40,450 nt of DNA from a virus (IMGVR_UViG_2541047969_000017); one strand, 5' to 3'. Counted from the first letter of the stretch, positions 10,241 to 20,137 are shown. Numbers and translations: made by a program. Notes: generated by a model from the letters alone, not told the origin.

Positions 10241-10365
10241 TTTGTACCTGTAAACTTGGTGCAGTACAGTAAACACGCTGGTGGTCGTGAATACTGACTT
10301 TTTATCTTGCTGGCTTTTTAGACAAGAGTTATTGGTATGTCATGTTAATCAGAAGGGAAAAAGAC

Positions 10366-10569
10366 ATGCTAAAACAGCAAGATATGACAGAAACCGCCGC
10401 CGCAGTCCTTCATTTCTTACCTGCTGACAAGTGGGTAACGCCACGCATGATGACGAGAACTACCGGAGTAAGCGAAGCCCAGTGCCAGTTAATACTGACT
10501 CAGTTAGTTCTGGCGGGTCTGGCGAAGGATAACGGCGGGTACGGGAATAAATTCAGACGCTGCCAGTAA
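10366..10569 (+). CDS. Small putative DNA-binding protein upstream of the methyltransferase
   Basis: ATG at residue 9 of track ORF 10342..10569 with AAGGGAAAAAG upstream; 67 aa; the segment VTPRMMTRTTGVSEAQCQLILTQLVLAGLAK looks helix-turn-helix-like. Confidence 0.45.
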   Translation: MLKQQDMTETAAAVLHFLPADKWVTPRMMTRTTGVSEAQCQLILTQLVLAGLAKDNGGYGNKFRRCQ

Positions 10570-10719
10570 TGGCGGTTTCCTGCTGTGAAAATGGGCGGCT
10601 GGTGGGTGTTGGTAGCACCTGCCAGCCATTCGCTCATGCTTACTGGTCACAAGCGAACCACGGCCCACTGCTTTAGCGCAAAAGCAGAGTGAGCCTACCA
10701 GAGTTACGCTTACTGATCC

Positions 10720-11772
10720 ATGAAAAATACTGTAAGAATAAACAGTGTTGATTTAATCAACGCTGATTGCCTGCATTTTATTCAGTCCCTGCCTGATGAT
10801 TCCATTGACCTGATTGTTACCGATCCGCCGTACTTCAAGGTGAAACCCAACGGCTGGGACAATCAGTGGAAAGGGGACGAAGATTACCTTAAGTGGCTGG
10901 ACCACTGTCTGGCCCAGTTCTGGCGGGTGTTAAAACCTGCCGGAAGCCTTTACCTGTTCTGTGGGCATCGTCTGGCATCTGATATTGAGGTCATGATGCG
11001 TGAACGTTTCAACGTGCTTAACCATATCATCTGGGCGAAGCCGTCCGGACGTTGGAATGGGTGTAATAAAGAAAGTCTGCGCGCATATTTTCCTGCCACA
11101 GAGCGCGTTCTGTTTGCTGAACATTACCAGGGGCCATATCGCGGCAAAAGTGACGGCTATGCGGCAAAAGAAAGGGAACTCAAACAGCACATAATGGCAC
11201 CGCTGATATCGTATTTCAGGGATGCTCGTGCCGAACTGGGTATAACGGCAAAACAAATTGCCGAAGCCACAGGTAAGAAAAATATGGTTTCCCACTGGTT
11301 TGGTGCCAGTCAGTGGCAGTTGCCGAATGAGGCTGACTATCGGAAGTTACAGGCACTGTTTTCCCGTATAGCGGCAGAGAAGTTTCAGGAACAACAACTG
11401 GAACAACCACACCACCAGCTGGTGGCATCTTATGATTCACTGAATCGCAAATATTCTGAATTGCTGGATGAGTTTAAATCTCTCCGGCGCTATTTCTCCG
11501 TATCAGTCTCCGTGCCTTATACCGATGTCTGGATGCATAAACCCGTTCAGTTCTACCCGGGTAAACATCCGTGTGAGAAACCGGCGGATATGCTCAGGCA
11601 AATAATCAATGCCAGTAGTCGACCTGGTGATCTGGTTGCTGATTTTTTTATGGGATCCGGTTCCACAATAAAAGCAGCAATGGCGCTGGGGCGTCGGGCC
11701 TTAGGTGTTGAGCTTGAGTCAGAGCGGTTTAACCAGACAGTGAAAGAGATAAACGAGCTGGTGGGGAAATAA
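10720..11772 (+). CDS. DNA methyltransferase (N6-adenine or N4-cytosine, DPPY-type), no restriction partner
   Basis: Track ORF, 350 aa; motif [10 protein letters not shown] near the N-terminus and motif I FFMGSGST near the C-terminus (beta-class order). No restriction endonuclease ORF nearby. Confidence 0.85.
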
Positions 11773-11778
11773 TTTGGT

Positions 11779-11804
11779 GGCCACGTCAGGTGGCCTTTTT
11801 ATTT
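11779..11804 (+). terminator. Rho-independent terminator between the methyltransferase and the lysis genes
   Basis: Stem ggccac / gtggcc with loop gtcag, followed by TTTTTATTT. Confidence 0.5.
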
Positions 11805-11839
11805 CCATTACACAGCACCCGCATCTGCGAGGTGGGGTT

Positions 11840-12055
11840 ATGAAATCCATGGATAAGTTAACAACGGGTGTCGCCTATGGCACCTCAGCAGGTAGTGCCG
11901 GTTACTGGTTTTTACAGCTGCTCGATAAAGTCACGCCCTCACAGTGGGCAGCAATAGGTGTGCTGGGTAGCCTGGTATTTGGCCTGCTGACGTACCTGAC
12001 AAACCTTTATTTCAAGATTAAAGAAGATAAGCGCAAGGCTGCGAGAGGTGAATAA
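11840..12055 (+). CDS. S: Class II holin / pinholin, S21 family, with dual-start motif
   Basis: ATG at residue 23 of track ORF 11774..12055. [31 protein letters not shown]...[22 protein letters not shown] nearly matches phage 21 S as recalled; the Met-Lys-Ser-Met start is the classic antiholin/holin dual start. Confidence 0.85.
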
Positions 12056-12552
12056 TGCCTCCATCATTACGAAAAGCAGTTGCTGCTGCTATTGGTGGCG
12101 GAGCAATTGCTATAGCATCAGTGTTAATCACTGGCCCAAGTGGTGACGATGGCCTGGAAGGTGTCAGCTACATACCATACAAAGATATCGTTGGCGTATG
12201 GACTGTATGTCACGGACACACCGGAAAAGACATCATGCTCGGTAAAACGTATACCGAAGCAGAATGCAAAGCCCTCCTGAATAAAGACCTTGCCACGGTT
12301 GCCAGACAAATTAACCCGTACATCAAAGTCGATATACCGGAAACAACGCGCGGCGCTCTTTACTCGTTCGTCTACAACGTGGGTGCTGGCAATTTCAGAA
12401 CATCGACGCTTCTTCGCAAAATAAACCAGGGCGATATCAAAGGCGCATGTGACCAGCTACGTCGCTGGATATACGCTGGCGGTAAGCAATGGAAAGGCCT
12501 GATGACTCGTCGTGAGATTGAGCGTGAAGTCTGTTTGTGGGGGCAACAATGA
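12055..12552 (+). CDS. R: SAR endolysin (lysozyme, R21-like)
   Basis: Start overlaps the holin stop (TAATG). N-terminal Gly/Ala-rich signal-anchor-release segment ([20 protein letters not shown]) followed by a lysozyme-like domain. Confidence 0.9.
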   Translation: MPPSLRKAVAAAIGGGAIAIASVLITGPSGDDGLEGVSYIPYKDIVGVWTVCHGHTGKDIMLGKTYTEAECKALLNKDLATVARQINPYIKVDIPETTRGALYSFVYNVGAGNFRTSTLLRKINQGDIKGACDQLRRWIYAGGKQWKGLMTRREIEREVCLWGQQ

Positions 12553-13016
12553 GCAGAGTAACCGCGATTATCTCCGCTCTGGTTATCTGCATCATCGTCT
12601 GCCTGTCGTGGGCGGTCAATCATTACCGTGATAACGCCATCGCCTACAAAGAACAGCGAGATAAAAAAGTCAGTGAGCTGAAGCAGGCGACCGCCACCAT
12701 TACTGACATGCAGCAGCGCCAGCGTTCTGCTGATGCACTCGATGCTAAATACACGAAGGAGTTAGCTGATGCGAAAGCTGAAAATGATGCTCTTCGGCGC
12801 AAGCTTGATAATGGTGGTCGGGTGTTCGTCAAAGGAAAATGCCCTGTGCCATCCTCAGCCGAAACCTCCAGCGCCTCCGGCATGGGCAATGATGCCACCG
12901 TCGAACTCTCTCCAGTTGCTGGACGAAACGTTCTCGGTATCCGGGACGGAATTATCCGCGACCAAACAGCACTGAGAACGCTTCAGGAATACATCAGGAC
13001 GCAATGCCTTCGATGA
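12549..13016 (+). CDS. Rz: Rz i-spanin
   Basis: ATG at residue 5 of track ORF 12537..13016, overlapping the endolysin stop; N-terminal transmembrane segment then coiled-coil; position directly after the endolysin. Confidence 0.8.
   Translation: MSRVTAIISALVICIIVCLSWAVNHYRDNAIAYKEQRDKKVSELKQATATITDMQQRQRSADALDAKYTKELADAKAENDALRRKLDNGGRVFVKGKCPVPSSAETSSASGMGNDATVELSPVAGRNVLGIRDGIIRDQTALRTLQEYIRTQCLR
12769..12975 (+). CDS. Rz1: Rz1 o-spanin lipoprotein, embedded in the +1 frame of Rz
   Basis: Track ORF lying wholly inside Rz in another frame; signal peptide with lipobox ([13 protein letters not shown]) and a Pro-rich mature part. The true start may be the internal Met. Confidence 0.75.
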   Translation: MRKLKMMLFGASLIMVVGCSSKENALCHPQPKPPAPPAWAMMPPSNSLQLLDETFSVSGTELSATKQH

Positions 13017-13189
13017 TAGCGATAATTTTACTCATCATCCTCCACATCTGGCTCTGTAGACAGGATGGTGATCACTTCTGGAGTGAATCCAGATTAAACA
13101 TCTCATTGCTGATGCTTGATATTGAGCATCTTGCGCGCGGTAAGGGGCTGCGTTGAGATAAGAGCCAGTCATTACAAATACCAGGATTT

Positions 13190-13216
13190 AGCCTCGCATT
13201 CGCGGGGCTTTTTATT
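13190..13216 (+). terminator. Rho-independent terminator after the lysis cassette
   Basis: Stem agccucgc / gcggggcu (one G-U pair) with loop AUUC, followed by UUUUUAUU. Confidence 0.5.
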
Positions 13217-13217
13217 G

Positions 13218-13259
13218 CCATTATCAAAGCCACTCCCTACAGAGTGGCTTTGATAATGG
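13218..13259. repeat. Perfect 18-bp inverted repeat with 6-nt spacer
   Basis: ccattatcaaagccactc (13218-13235) and gagtggctttgataatgg (13242-13259) are exact reverse complements; no T-tract follows on either strand, so this is not a canonical terminator. Confidence 0.5.
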
Positions 13260-13599
13260 CTTATACCCTACACGGGATAGCTTAACTGATATCCCTTTTA
13301 ACGGATAAAGGTATTCAAGCCTGACACATCATGCGCTGTATCGTCGCCGTATTCCCGTATTAACAGAGACCGTAGCCCGACGGGGAACTCCTTCTGCGCG
13401 AGTGTGCGGGAATAATCAAAAACGATGCACACCGGGTTTTTACCGCGTTTATGGTTCGCGGGTTTGTCCCTCATGCTCGCCAGTCCTGTGCGGGGGTGGA
13501 AGAAACAGGACACTTACACAGATTCTTGTGGGCACGATGCTATGCCTTTCTGGATTATCCCGATGCCATTCATGCAAGGCGTTGTATCAGACGTTCGTC

Positions 13600-13830
13600 A
13601 GAGCTGTCAGGCTGACGGGTCCTCCCGGTGGGGTGGCCTGCCACGGGGCGGGAGCGTCGCGGAAAAAGGCTAGTTTTTGCATTTTTATCGGCCACCATCA
13701 TCTTTGCATCTTATTGATTATTAATGGTTGTTTGTTTTTTGTATGTCGAATTGAGTGTTTTTTGTTCGACATCGAACGCGTTTTCTTAAAGTTGTTCGCA
13801 CGATGCATGTTTAAAGCTCTCCGGAGGAAA
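13600..13830 (+). other. cos region: lambda-like cosN with flanking repeat elements
   Basis: cacGGGGCGGGAGCGTCGCGGaaaaaggc (about 13643-13670) aligns with lambda cosN (acgGGGCGGCGACCTCGCGGGTTTTCGC) as recalled, giving a predicted 12-nt cohesive end GGGCGGGAGCGT. Downstream lie short inverted TCGAA/TTCGACATCGAACG repeats, and the region sits immediately upstream of the terminase small subunit. Confidence 0.5.
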
Positions 13831-13831
13831 T

Positions 13832-14323
13832 ATGGATCATGAGTTGAAAAAACTGGTGCTGAATATTAATCAACTGGCGGCTTTATCTGGTCTGCACCGC
13901 CAGACTGTCGTGGCAAGACTGAAAAACATTCGTCCCGCTGGTGGACATGACAAACTCAAGCTATACCGGTTGACCGATATTCTGACTGAATTTATGGGGT
14001 TACCACCGCCGGTTGCTGAGGGCGAAATGGATCCACATGAACGCAAAGCCTGGTATCAGTCTGAACGTGAGCGTCTTAAGTTCGAACAGGAAACGGCACA
14101 ACTCATTCCGGCCAGTGATGTCAGACGGGAGTTTGCCATCTGGGCAAAAGCGGTCGTGCAGGTGCTGGAGACATTACCGGATATTCTGGAACGTGACTGT
14201 GGTCTGCAGCCTGCCGCTGTGAGCCGTGTTCAGTCCATTATTGATGATCTGCGCGATCAGATAGCCCTGCGGGTGACCGAAGCAGGTGCGGATGATGAGG
14301 AGGAATTACAGCAGGAGGAGTAA
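13832..14323 (+). CDS. Terminase small subunit (Nu1-like)
   Basis: Track ORF with GGAGGAAATATG start; N-terminal HTH-like segment (LNINQLAALSGLHRQTVVARLKN) and acidic C-terminus; position directly upstream of the large subunit. Confidence 0.8.
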   Translation: MDHELKKLVLNINQLAALSGLHRQTVVARLKNIRPAGGHDKLKLYRLTDILTEFMGLPPPVAEGEMDPHERKAWYQSERERLKFEQETAQLIPASDVRREFAIWAKAVVQVLETLPDILERDCGLQPAAVSRVQSIIDDLRDQIALRVTEAGADDEEELQQEE

Positions 14324-16425
14324 TGCTGAATCAGGAAACCGCAAAGGCAGCACGAACCGATTCAGGTTATATCCTTCGCGCACCGAGACGAATGCGGGTT
14401 GCTGATGCCGTTGCTCAGTATATGCGGGTGCCCATGGGGGCAGGGAACTCAGTCCCGTGGGATCCGCTGGTGGCACCGTATGTTATTGAGCCGATGAACT
14501 GCCTGGCCTCGCGTGAATACGACGCAGTGATATTTGTTGGCCCGGCACGAACCGGCAAGACTATCGGCCTGATTGACGGCTGGGTGATTTACAACGTGAT
14601 TTGCGATCCTGCGGATATGCTGATCATTCAGATGACGGAGGAAAAAGCCCGCGAACACTCCAAAAAACGACTCGCCAGAACGTTTCGCGTCAGCCCGGAA
14701 GTGGTCAGTCGCCTGAGTCCGAACAAAAATGACAACAACGTTTATGACAGAACATTCCTTGCTGGCAACTACCTGAAAATCGGCTGGCCGTCAGTCAATA
14801 TCATGTCCTCATCAGATTATAAATGCGTGGCGCTGACGGATTATGACCGTTTTCCGGAAGATATTGATGGCGAGGGGGATGCCTTCTCTCTTGCCTCAAA
14901 ACGTACCACCACATTTATGTCCAGTGGTATGACGCTGGTGGAGAGTTCCCCCGGCAGGGATGTGAAGGATGTGAAATGGCGACGGACTTCACCGCATGAG
15001 GCTCCACCAACCACGGGGATACTGTCGCTCTATAACCGTGGCGATCGCCGTCGCTGGTACTGGCCCTGTCCACACTGTGGTGAGTATTTTCAGCCCTGCG
15101 GCGATGTGGTTGCTGGTTTCCGTGATATTGCCGATCCCGTGCTGGCAAGTGAGGCGGCTTATATTCAGTGTCCTTCCTGTTCAGGACGGATTATGCCTGA
15201 ACAAAAACGCGAGCTGAACGGACGTGGGGTCTGGTTGCGGGATGGTGAATCCATCAATGCGGATGGCAGTCGTTATGGTGATCCCCGACGCTCACGTATT
15301 GCGTCATTCTGGATGGAGGGTCCGGCAGCTGCTTACCAGACACTCTCGCAACTCGTTTACAAACTGCTTACTGCAGAACAGGAATACGAGACAACCGGAA
15401 GTGAAGAAACACTCAAGACGGTTATCAATACCGACTGGGGATTACCTTATCTTCCCCGTGCCAGCATGGAGCAACGAAAAAGTGAACTGCTTGAGCAGCG
15501 GGCAGAGCCAGTTCCTTCCCGCAGTGTGCCGGATGGCGTTAATTTCCTTGTGGCGACAGTGGATGTGCAGGCGGGACGTCATCGCCGTTTTGTGGTTCAG
15601 GTAACGGGCTATGGCAGCCGTGGCGAACGCTGGATTATTGATCGTTACAACATCACGCAGTCATTGCGCGGTGACAGCGACGGGGAGAGCCAGCGAATTG
15701 ATCCGGCCAGCTATCCGGAAGACTGGGATGTCCTGCTGACGGATGTTTTTCATAAAAGCTGGCCGCTGGCCTCCGATCCTTCTCAACAAATGCGACTGAT
15801 GGCAATGGCGGTGGACTCCGGCGGTGAAGACGGGGTCACTGATAATGCCTATAAATTCTGGCGTCGTTGCCGTCGTGATGGCCTTGGTAAACGTATTTAC
15901 CTGTTTAAGGGCGACAGCATCCGGCGCGCAAAACTGATCACCCGTACATTCCCTGATAACACCGGACGAACAGGCCGACGGGCGCAGGCCGCAGGTGATG
16001 TGCCGCTCTGGCTTCTTCAGACGGATGCCCTGAAAGACCGGGTGAATAACGCGTTATGGCGTGACTCTCCAGGTCCCGGCTATGTGCATTTCCCTGACTG
16101 GCTGGGGAGCTGGTTTTACGACGAACTGACGTATGAAGAGCGGAGTAGTGACGGGAAATGGAGTAAGCCGGGTCGCGGTGCCAACGAAGCTTTTGACCTG
16201 ATGGTGTATGCCGAGGCTCTGGTCATTCTGCATGGATACGAAAAGATCCGCTGGCCGGATGCACCGGGGTGGGCGAGCCGGGAAACCTGGCTGGAGTGTG
16301 TCCCGGACAGTACCGAACCGTCACCCTCACCGGAACCGGTATCCACGCCTGTTAAAAAACAAAAACGGAAGAAAACAGTAACTGACGATGTTAACCCCTG
16401 GCTGACTTCCGGAGGATGGTTATGA
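14323..16425 (+). CDS. Terminase large subunit (lambda gpA family)
   Basis: 700-aa track ORF; Walker A-like VGPARTGKT; start overlaps the upstream stop; followed by gpW-like and portal genes. Confidence 0.9.
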   Translation: MLNQETAKAARTDSGYILRAPRRMRVADAVAQYMRVPMGAGNSVPWDPLVAPYVIEPMNCLASREYDAVIFVGPARTGKTIGLIDGWVIYNVICDPADMLIIQMTEEKAREHSKKRLARTFRVSPEVVSRLSPNKNDNNVYDRTFLAGNYLKIGWPSVNIMSSSDYKCVALTDYDRFPEDIDGEGDAFSLASKRTTTFMSSGMTLVESSPGRDVKDVKWRRTSPHEAPPTTGILSLYNRGDRRRWYWPCPHCGEYFQPCGDVVAGFRDIADPVLASEAAYIQCPSCSGRIMPEQKRELNGRGVWLRDGESINADGSRYGDPRRSRIASFWMEGPAAAYQTLSQLVYKLLTAEQEYETTGSEETLKTVINTDWGLPYLPRASMEQRKSELLEQRAEPVPSRSVPDGVNFLVATVDVQAGRHRRFVVQVTGYGSRGERWIIDRYNITQSLRGDSDGESQRIDPASYPEDWDVLLTDVFHKSWPLASDPSQQMRLMAMAVDSGGEDGVTDNAYKFWRRCRRDGLGKRIYLFKGDSIRRAKLITRTFPDNTGRTGRRAQAAGDVPLWLLQTDALKDRVNNALWRDSPGPGYVHFPDWLGSWFYDELTYEERSSDGKWSKPGRGANEAFDLMVYAEALVILHGYEKIRWPDAPGWASRETWLECVPDSTEPSPSPEPVSTPVKKQKRKKTVTDDVNPWLTSGGWL

Positions 16426-16634
16426 ACCAGAATGATATCGAAGCCATGATTCAGCGTTATACGGAAGCTGAAATGGCGGTGCTGGACGGAAAATCCGTCA
16501 CCTTTAATGGTCAGCAGATGACCATGGAAAACTTATCTGAGATCCGGCAGGGACGGCAGGAGTGGGAGCGCCGCCTTGCGGCTCTGATTACACGACGACG
16601 GGGGCATCCCGGGTACCGGCTGGCGAGGTTCTGA
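16422..16634 (+). CDS. Head-tail joining protein, gpW-like
   Basis: ATG at residue 3 of track ORF 16416..16634, overlapping the terminase stop; 70 aa; the C-terminus RRRGHPGYRLARF resembles lambda W. Confidence 0.7.
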   Translation: MNQNDIEAMIQRYTEAEMAVLDGKSVTFNGQQMTMENLSEIRQGRQEWERRLAALITRRRGHPGYRLARF

Positions 16635-18142
16635 TGGCAATTCTTGATGATGTGATTGGCGTTTTTTCACCAGGATGGAAAGCGGCAAGGCTGCGTTCCC
16701 GTGCGGTGATCCAGGCTTATGAGGCCGTAAAAACGACGCGGACACACAAAGCCCGGCGGGAAAACCGAACTGCCGACCAGTTAAGCCAGTACGGGGCCGT
16801 GTCGTTACGTGAGCAGGCCCGTTACCTTGATAACAACCACGATCTGGTTATTGGTGTATTTGACAAGCTGGAAGAACGGGTGGTGGGGAAAAACGGGATT
16901 ATTGTCGAGCCACATCCGGTATTACGCAATGGGGCCATTGCCCGTGATCTGGCAGCAGAGATACGCACCCGATGGAGTGAATGGTCTGTCAGTCCGGAAG
17001 TCACCGGGCAGTTTACCCGTCCGATGCTGGAACGTCTGATGCTGCGTACCTGGCTGCGCGATGGTGAGGTGTTTGCCCAGATGGTTTCCGGGCGCATAAA
17101 CAGCCTGACGCCTTCTGCCGGTGTTCATTTCTGGCTGGAGGCGCTCGAGCCGGACTTTATTCCCATGACCAGTGATGAGAGCAACAGGCTGAATCAGGGC
17201 GTGTTTGTTGATGACTGGGGGCGTCCCGAAAAATATCTGGTGTATAAAAGCCGTCCCGTATCCGGGCGGCAGATGGAAACCAAAGAAGTGGATGCAGAGC
17301 GAATGCTGCATCTTAAATTTGTTCGCCGTCTGCACCAGATGCGCGGGACGTCTTTGTTGTCCGGTGTGCTGATCCGCCTCAGTGCCCTGAAAGAGTATGA
17401 AGATTCTGAGCTGACTGCAGCAAGGATCGCCGCTGCTCTGGGGATGTACATCCGGAAAGGCGACGGGCAGAGCTATGAACCGGATGGTAATGGCAGCAAG
17501 GAGAATGAACGCGAGCTTACCATTCAGCCAGGCATTATTTACGACGATCTGAAACCCGGCGAAGAAATCGGAATGGTGAAGTCGGATCGTCCCAATCCTA
17601 ACCTTGAAACTTTTCGTAATGGTCAGTTGCGTGCCGTGGCGGCGGGCAGTCGTCTGAGTTTTTCCAGTACGGCACGCAACTATAACGGCACTTACAGCGC
17701 CCAGCGTCAGGAGCTGGTTGAATCCACTGATGGCTACCTGATCCTGCAGGACTGGTTTATTGGTGCCGTCACCCGCCCGATGTATCGTGCCTGGCTGAAA
17801 CAGGCTGTGGCATCCGGTGTTATCAGGCTACCCCGCGATCTTGACCGTTCTTCACTGTATACCGCGGTGTATTCCGGACCGGTGATGCCGTGGATTGACC
17901 CTGTTAAGGAGGCTGAGGCCTGGAAAATTCAGATTCGTGGCGGAGCGGCGACAGAATCAGACTGGGTACGTGCAGGTGGTCGTAATCCGGATGATGTCAA
18001 ACGTCGGCGCAAGGCAGAAATTGATGAAAACCGCAAGCTGGATCTGGTATTTGATACCGATCCGGCCAGTGATAAAGGAGGCAGCAGTGCCGCAACGAAA
18101 CGACAGGAGCCGCAGCACACCGACGACCAGTCCGAAGAATAA
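16634..18142 (+). CDS. Portal protein (lambda gpB family)
   Basis: ATG at residue 25 of track ORF 16562..18142, overlapping the W stop (TGATGG); about 502 aa; position between W and the protease. Confidence 0.85.
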   Translation: MAILDDVIGVFSPGWKAARLRSRAVIQAYEAVKTTRTHKARRENRTADQLSQYGAVSLREQARYLDNNHDLVIGVFDKLEERVVGKNGIIVEPHPVLRNGAIARDLAAEIRTRWSEWSVSPEVTGQFTRPMLERLMLRTWLRDGEVFAQMVSGRINSLTPSAGVHFWLEALEPDFIPMTSDESNRLNQGVFVDDWGRPEKYLVYKSRPVSGRQMETKEVDAERMLHLKFVRRLHQMRGTSLLSGVLIRLSALKEYEDSELTAARIAAALGMYIRKGDGQSYEPDGNGSKENERELTIQPGIIYDDLKPGEEIGMVKSDRPNPNLETFRNGQLRAVAAGSRLSFSSTARNYNGTYSAQRQELVESTDGYLILQDWFIGAVTRPMYRAWLKQAVASGVIRLPRDLDRSSLYTAVYSGPVMPWIDPVKEAEAWKIQIRGGAATESDWVRAGGRNPDDVKRRRKAEIDENRKLDLVFDTDPASDKGGSSAATKRQEPQHTDDQSEE

Positions 18143-18155
18143 TTCCTGGTTCAGG

Positions 18156-20114
18156 ATGCAGGCTGGTCACCAGAGTGACGCGGATATTTATATTTATGAC
18201 GAGATTGGTTTCTGGGGTGTTACAGCGAAGCAGTTTATCAGTGATCTGAATGCACTGGGCGATATCACCCACATTAATCTCCATATCAATTCACCGGGTG
18301 GCGATGTCTTTGAAGGCATCGCCATTTTTAATGCGCTGAAAACACATGGTGCGTCCATTACCGTTTATGTCGACGGTGTGGCGGCGTCAATGGCGTCGGT
18401 CATTGCGATGGTGGGAAACCCGGTCATTATGCCGGAAAACACCTTCATGATGATTCATAAACCATTTGGCTTTACGGGCGGTGATGCGGAGGACATGCGC
18501 ACCTATGCCGACCTGCTCGATAAGGTTGAGGCGGTTCTGTTACCCGCTTATGCACAGAAAACCGGGAAAACCACCGATGAAATTGCTGCCATGCTGGCGG
18601 ATGAGACCTGGATGTCCGGTGCCGAATGTCTGGCACATGGATTTGCTGATCAGGTGACGCCAGCCGTTAAGGCAATGGCATGTATTCAGTCAAAACGTAC
18701 AGAGGAATTTAAAAAGATGCCGGAATCCATTCGAAACATGATTACTCCGCCACGCAACAGTGCTCCACGCGTACAGGATGATGAACCTGCAGCCTCCCGG
18801 ACGCCAGTGCAGGCAGCAGCACCCGTGGTGGATGAAAACAGTATCCGTGCGCAGGTACTGGCAGAGCAAAAAGCGCGTGTAAACGGTATTAATGATCTGT
18901 TTGCCATGTTTGGCGGGCGTTATCAGACGCTACAGGCTCAGTGTCTTGCCGATCCTGAATGTTCGCTGGAGCAGGCCCGCGAAAAGCTGTTGAACGAGAT
19001 GGGGCGCGAGTCCACGCCATCCAATAAAAATACCCCGGCTCATATTTATGCCGGTAACGGTAATTTTGTGGGGGACGGGATCCGCCAGGCGCTGATGGCG
19101 CGTGCCGGATTTGAAAAAACCGAACGTGATAATGTCTACAACGGGATGACCCTGCGTGAATATGCCCGTATGTCACTGACTGAACGGGGTATTGGGGTTT
19201 CCAGTTATAACCCGATGCAGATGGTCGGTGCGGCGTTCACACACAGTACGTCTGACTTCGGTAATATTCTGCTGGATGTTGCGAACAAAGCCATTCTGCA
19301 GGGCTGGGAAGATGCTCCTGAAACCTATGAACAGTGGACGCGGAAAGGTCAGTTGTCTGATTTTAAAATTGCCCATCGTGTGGGTATGGGGGGCTTCAGT
19401 GCTCTGCGTCAGGTGCGTGAAGGGGCGGAATATAAATACGTCACCACCGGAGATAAACAGGCCACTATTGCACTGGCGACCTATGGCGAGCTGTTCAGTA
19501 TCACCCGTCAGGCCATTATCAATGATGATCTGAATATGCTGACCGATGTCCCGATGAAACTGGGCCGTGCGGCGAAATCCACTATTGCCGATCTGGTTTA
19601 TGCCATTCTGACGTCTAACCCGAAAATCTCCACAGATAATGTAAGTCTGTTCGATAAAGCGAAACATGCAAACGTACTGGAGAGCGCTGCAATGGACGTG
19701 GCATCGCTGGATAAAGCCCGCCAGTTGATGCGCGTTCAGAAAGAGGGGGAGCGTCATCTGAATATTCGTCCTGCGTTCGTACTGGTACCGACGGCGATGG
19801 AGTCTGTTGCTAACCAGGTCATTCGCTCCTCAAGTGTCAAGGGGGCTGACATTAACGCCGGTATTATTAACCCGGTGAAAGATTTTGCGACCGTTATTGC
19901 AGAGCCTCGTCTTGATGATAACAGCCAGACCACCTTCTACCTGGCTGCGTCAAAAGGCTCCGATACAATTGAAGTGGCTTATCTCAACGGTGTGGATACG
20001 CCATATATTGATCAGATGGAGGGCTTCAGTGTGGATGGCGTGACAACGAAAGTGCGTATTGACGCCGGTGTCGCGCCAGTTGATCACCGCGGTCTGGTGA
20101 AATGTACGGCGTAA
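18156..20114 (+). CDS. Fused prohead protease (ClpP/S49-like) and major capsid protein
   Basis: ATG at residue 88 of track ORF 17895..20114, just after the portal stop. N-terminal ~200 aa carry the phage ClpP-like protease signature (IYIYDEIGFWGV...INSPGGDVFEG...ASMAS); the C-terminal ~400 aa are capsid-like; one continuous frame. Confidence 0.8.
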   Translation: MQAGHQSDADIYIYDEIGFWGVTAKQFISDLNALGDITHINLHINSPGGDVFEGIAIFNALKTHGASITVYVDGVAASMASVIAMVGNPVIMPENTFMMIHKPFGFTGGDAEDMRTYADLLDKVEAVLLPAYAQKTGKTTDEIAAMLADETWMSGAECLAHGFADQVTPAVKAMACIQSKRTEEFKKMPESIRNMITPPRNSAPRVQDDEPAASRTPVQAAAPVVDENSIRAQVLAEQKARVNGINDLFAMFGGRYQTLQAQCLADPECSLEQAREKLLNEMGRESTPSNKNTPAHIYAGNGNFVGDGIRQALMARAGFEKTERDNVYNGMTLREYARMSLTERGIGVSSYNPMQMVGAAFTHSTSDFGNILLDVANKAILQGWEDAPETYEQWTRKGQLSDFKIAHRVGMGGFSALRQVREGAEYKYVTTGDKQATIALATYGELFSITRQAIINDDLNMLTDVPMKLGRAAKSTIADLVYAILTSNPKISTDNVSLFDKAKHANVLESAAMDVASLDKARQLMRVQKEGERHLNIRPAFVLVPTAMESVANQVIRSSSVKGADINAGIINPVKDFATVIAEPRLDDNSQTTFYLAASKGSDTIEVAYLNGVDTPYIDQMEGFSVDGVTTKVRIDAGVAPVDHRGLVKCTA

Positions 20115-20137
20115 ACGTCGCAGACAACAACTCTGAT

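Noticed and set aside
13298-13842. Track ORFs 13298..13513 (minus), 13402..13842 and 13425..13673 between the lysis cassette and the terminase
   Set aside because: They overlap the cos region and one another, have no RBS, and show Arg/Cys-rich composition; 13298..13513 does not resemble the Bor lipoprotein that occupies this position in lambda.
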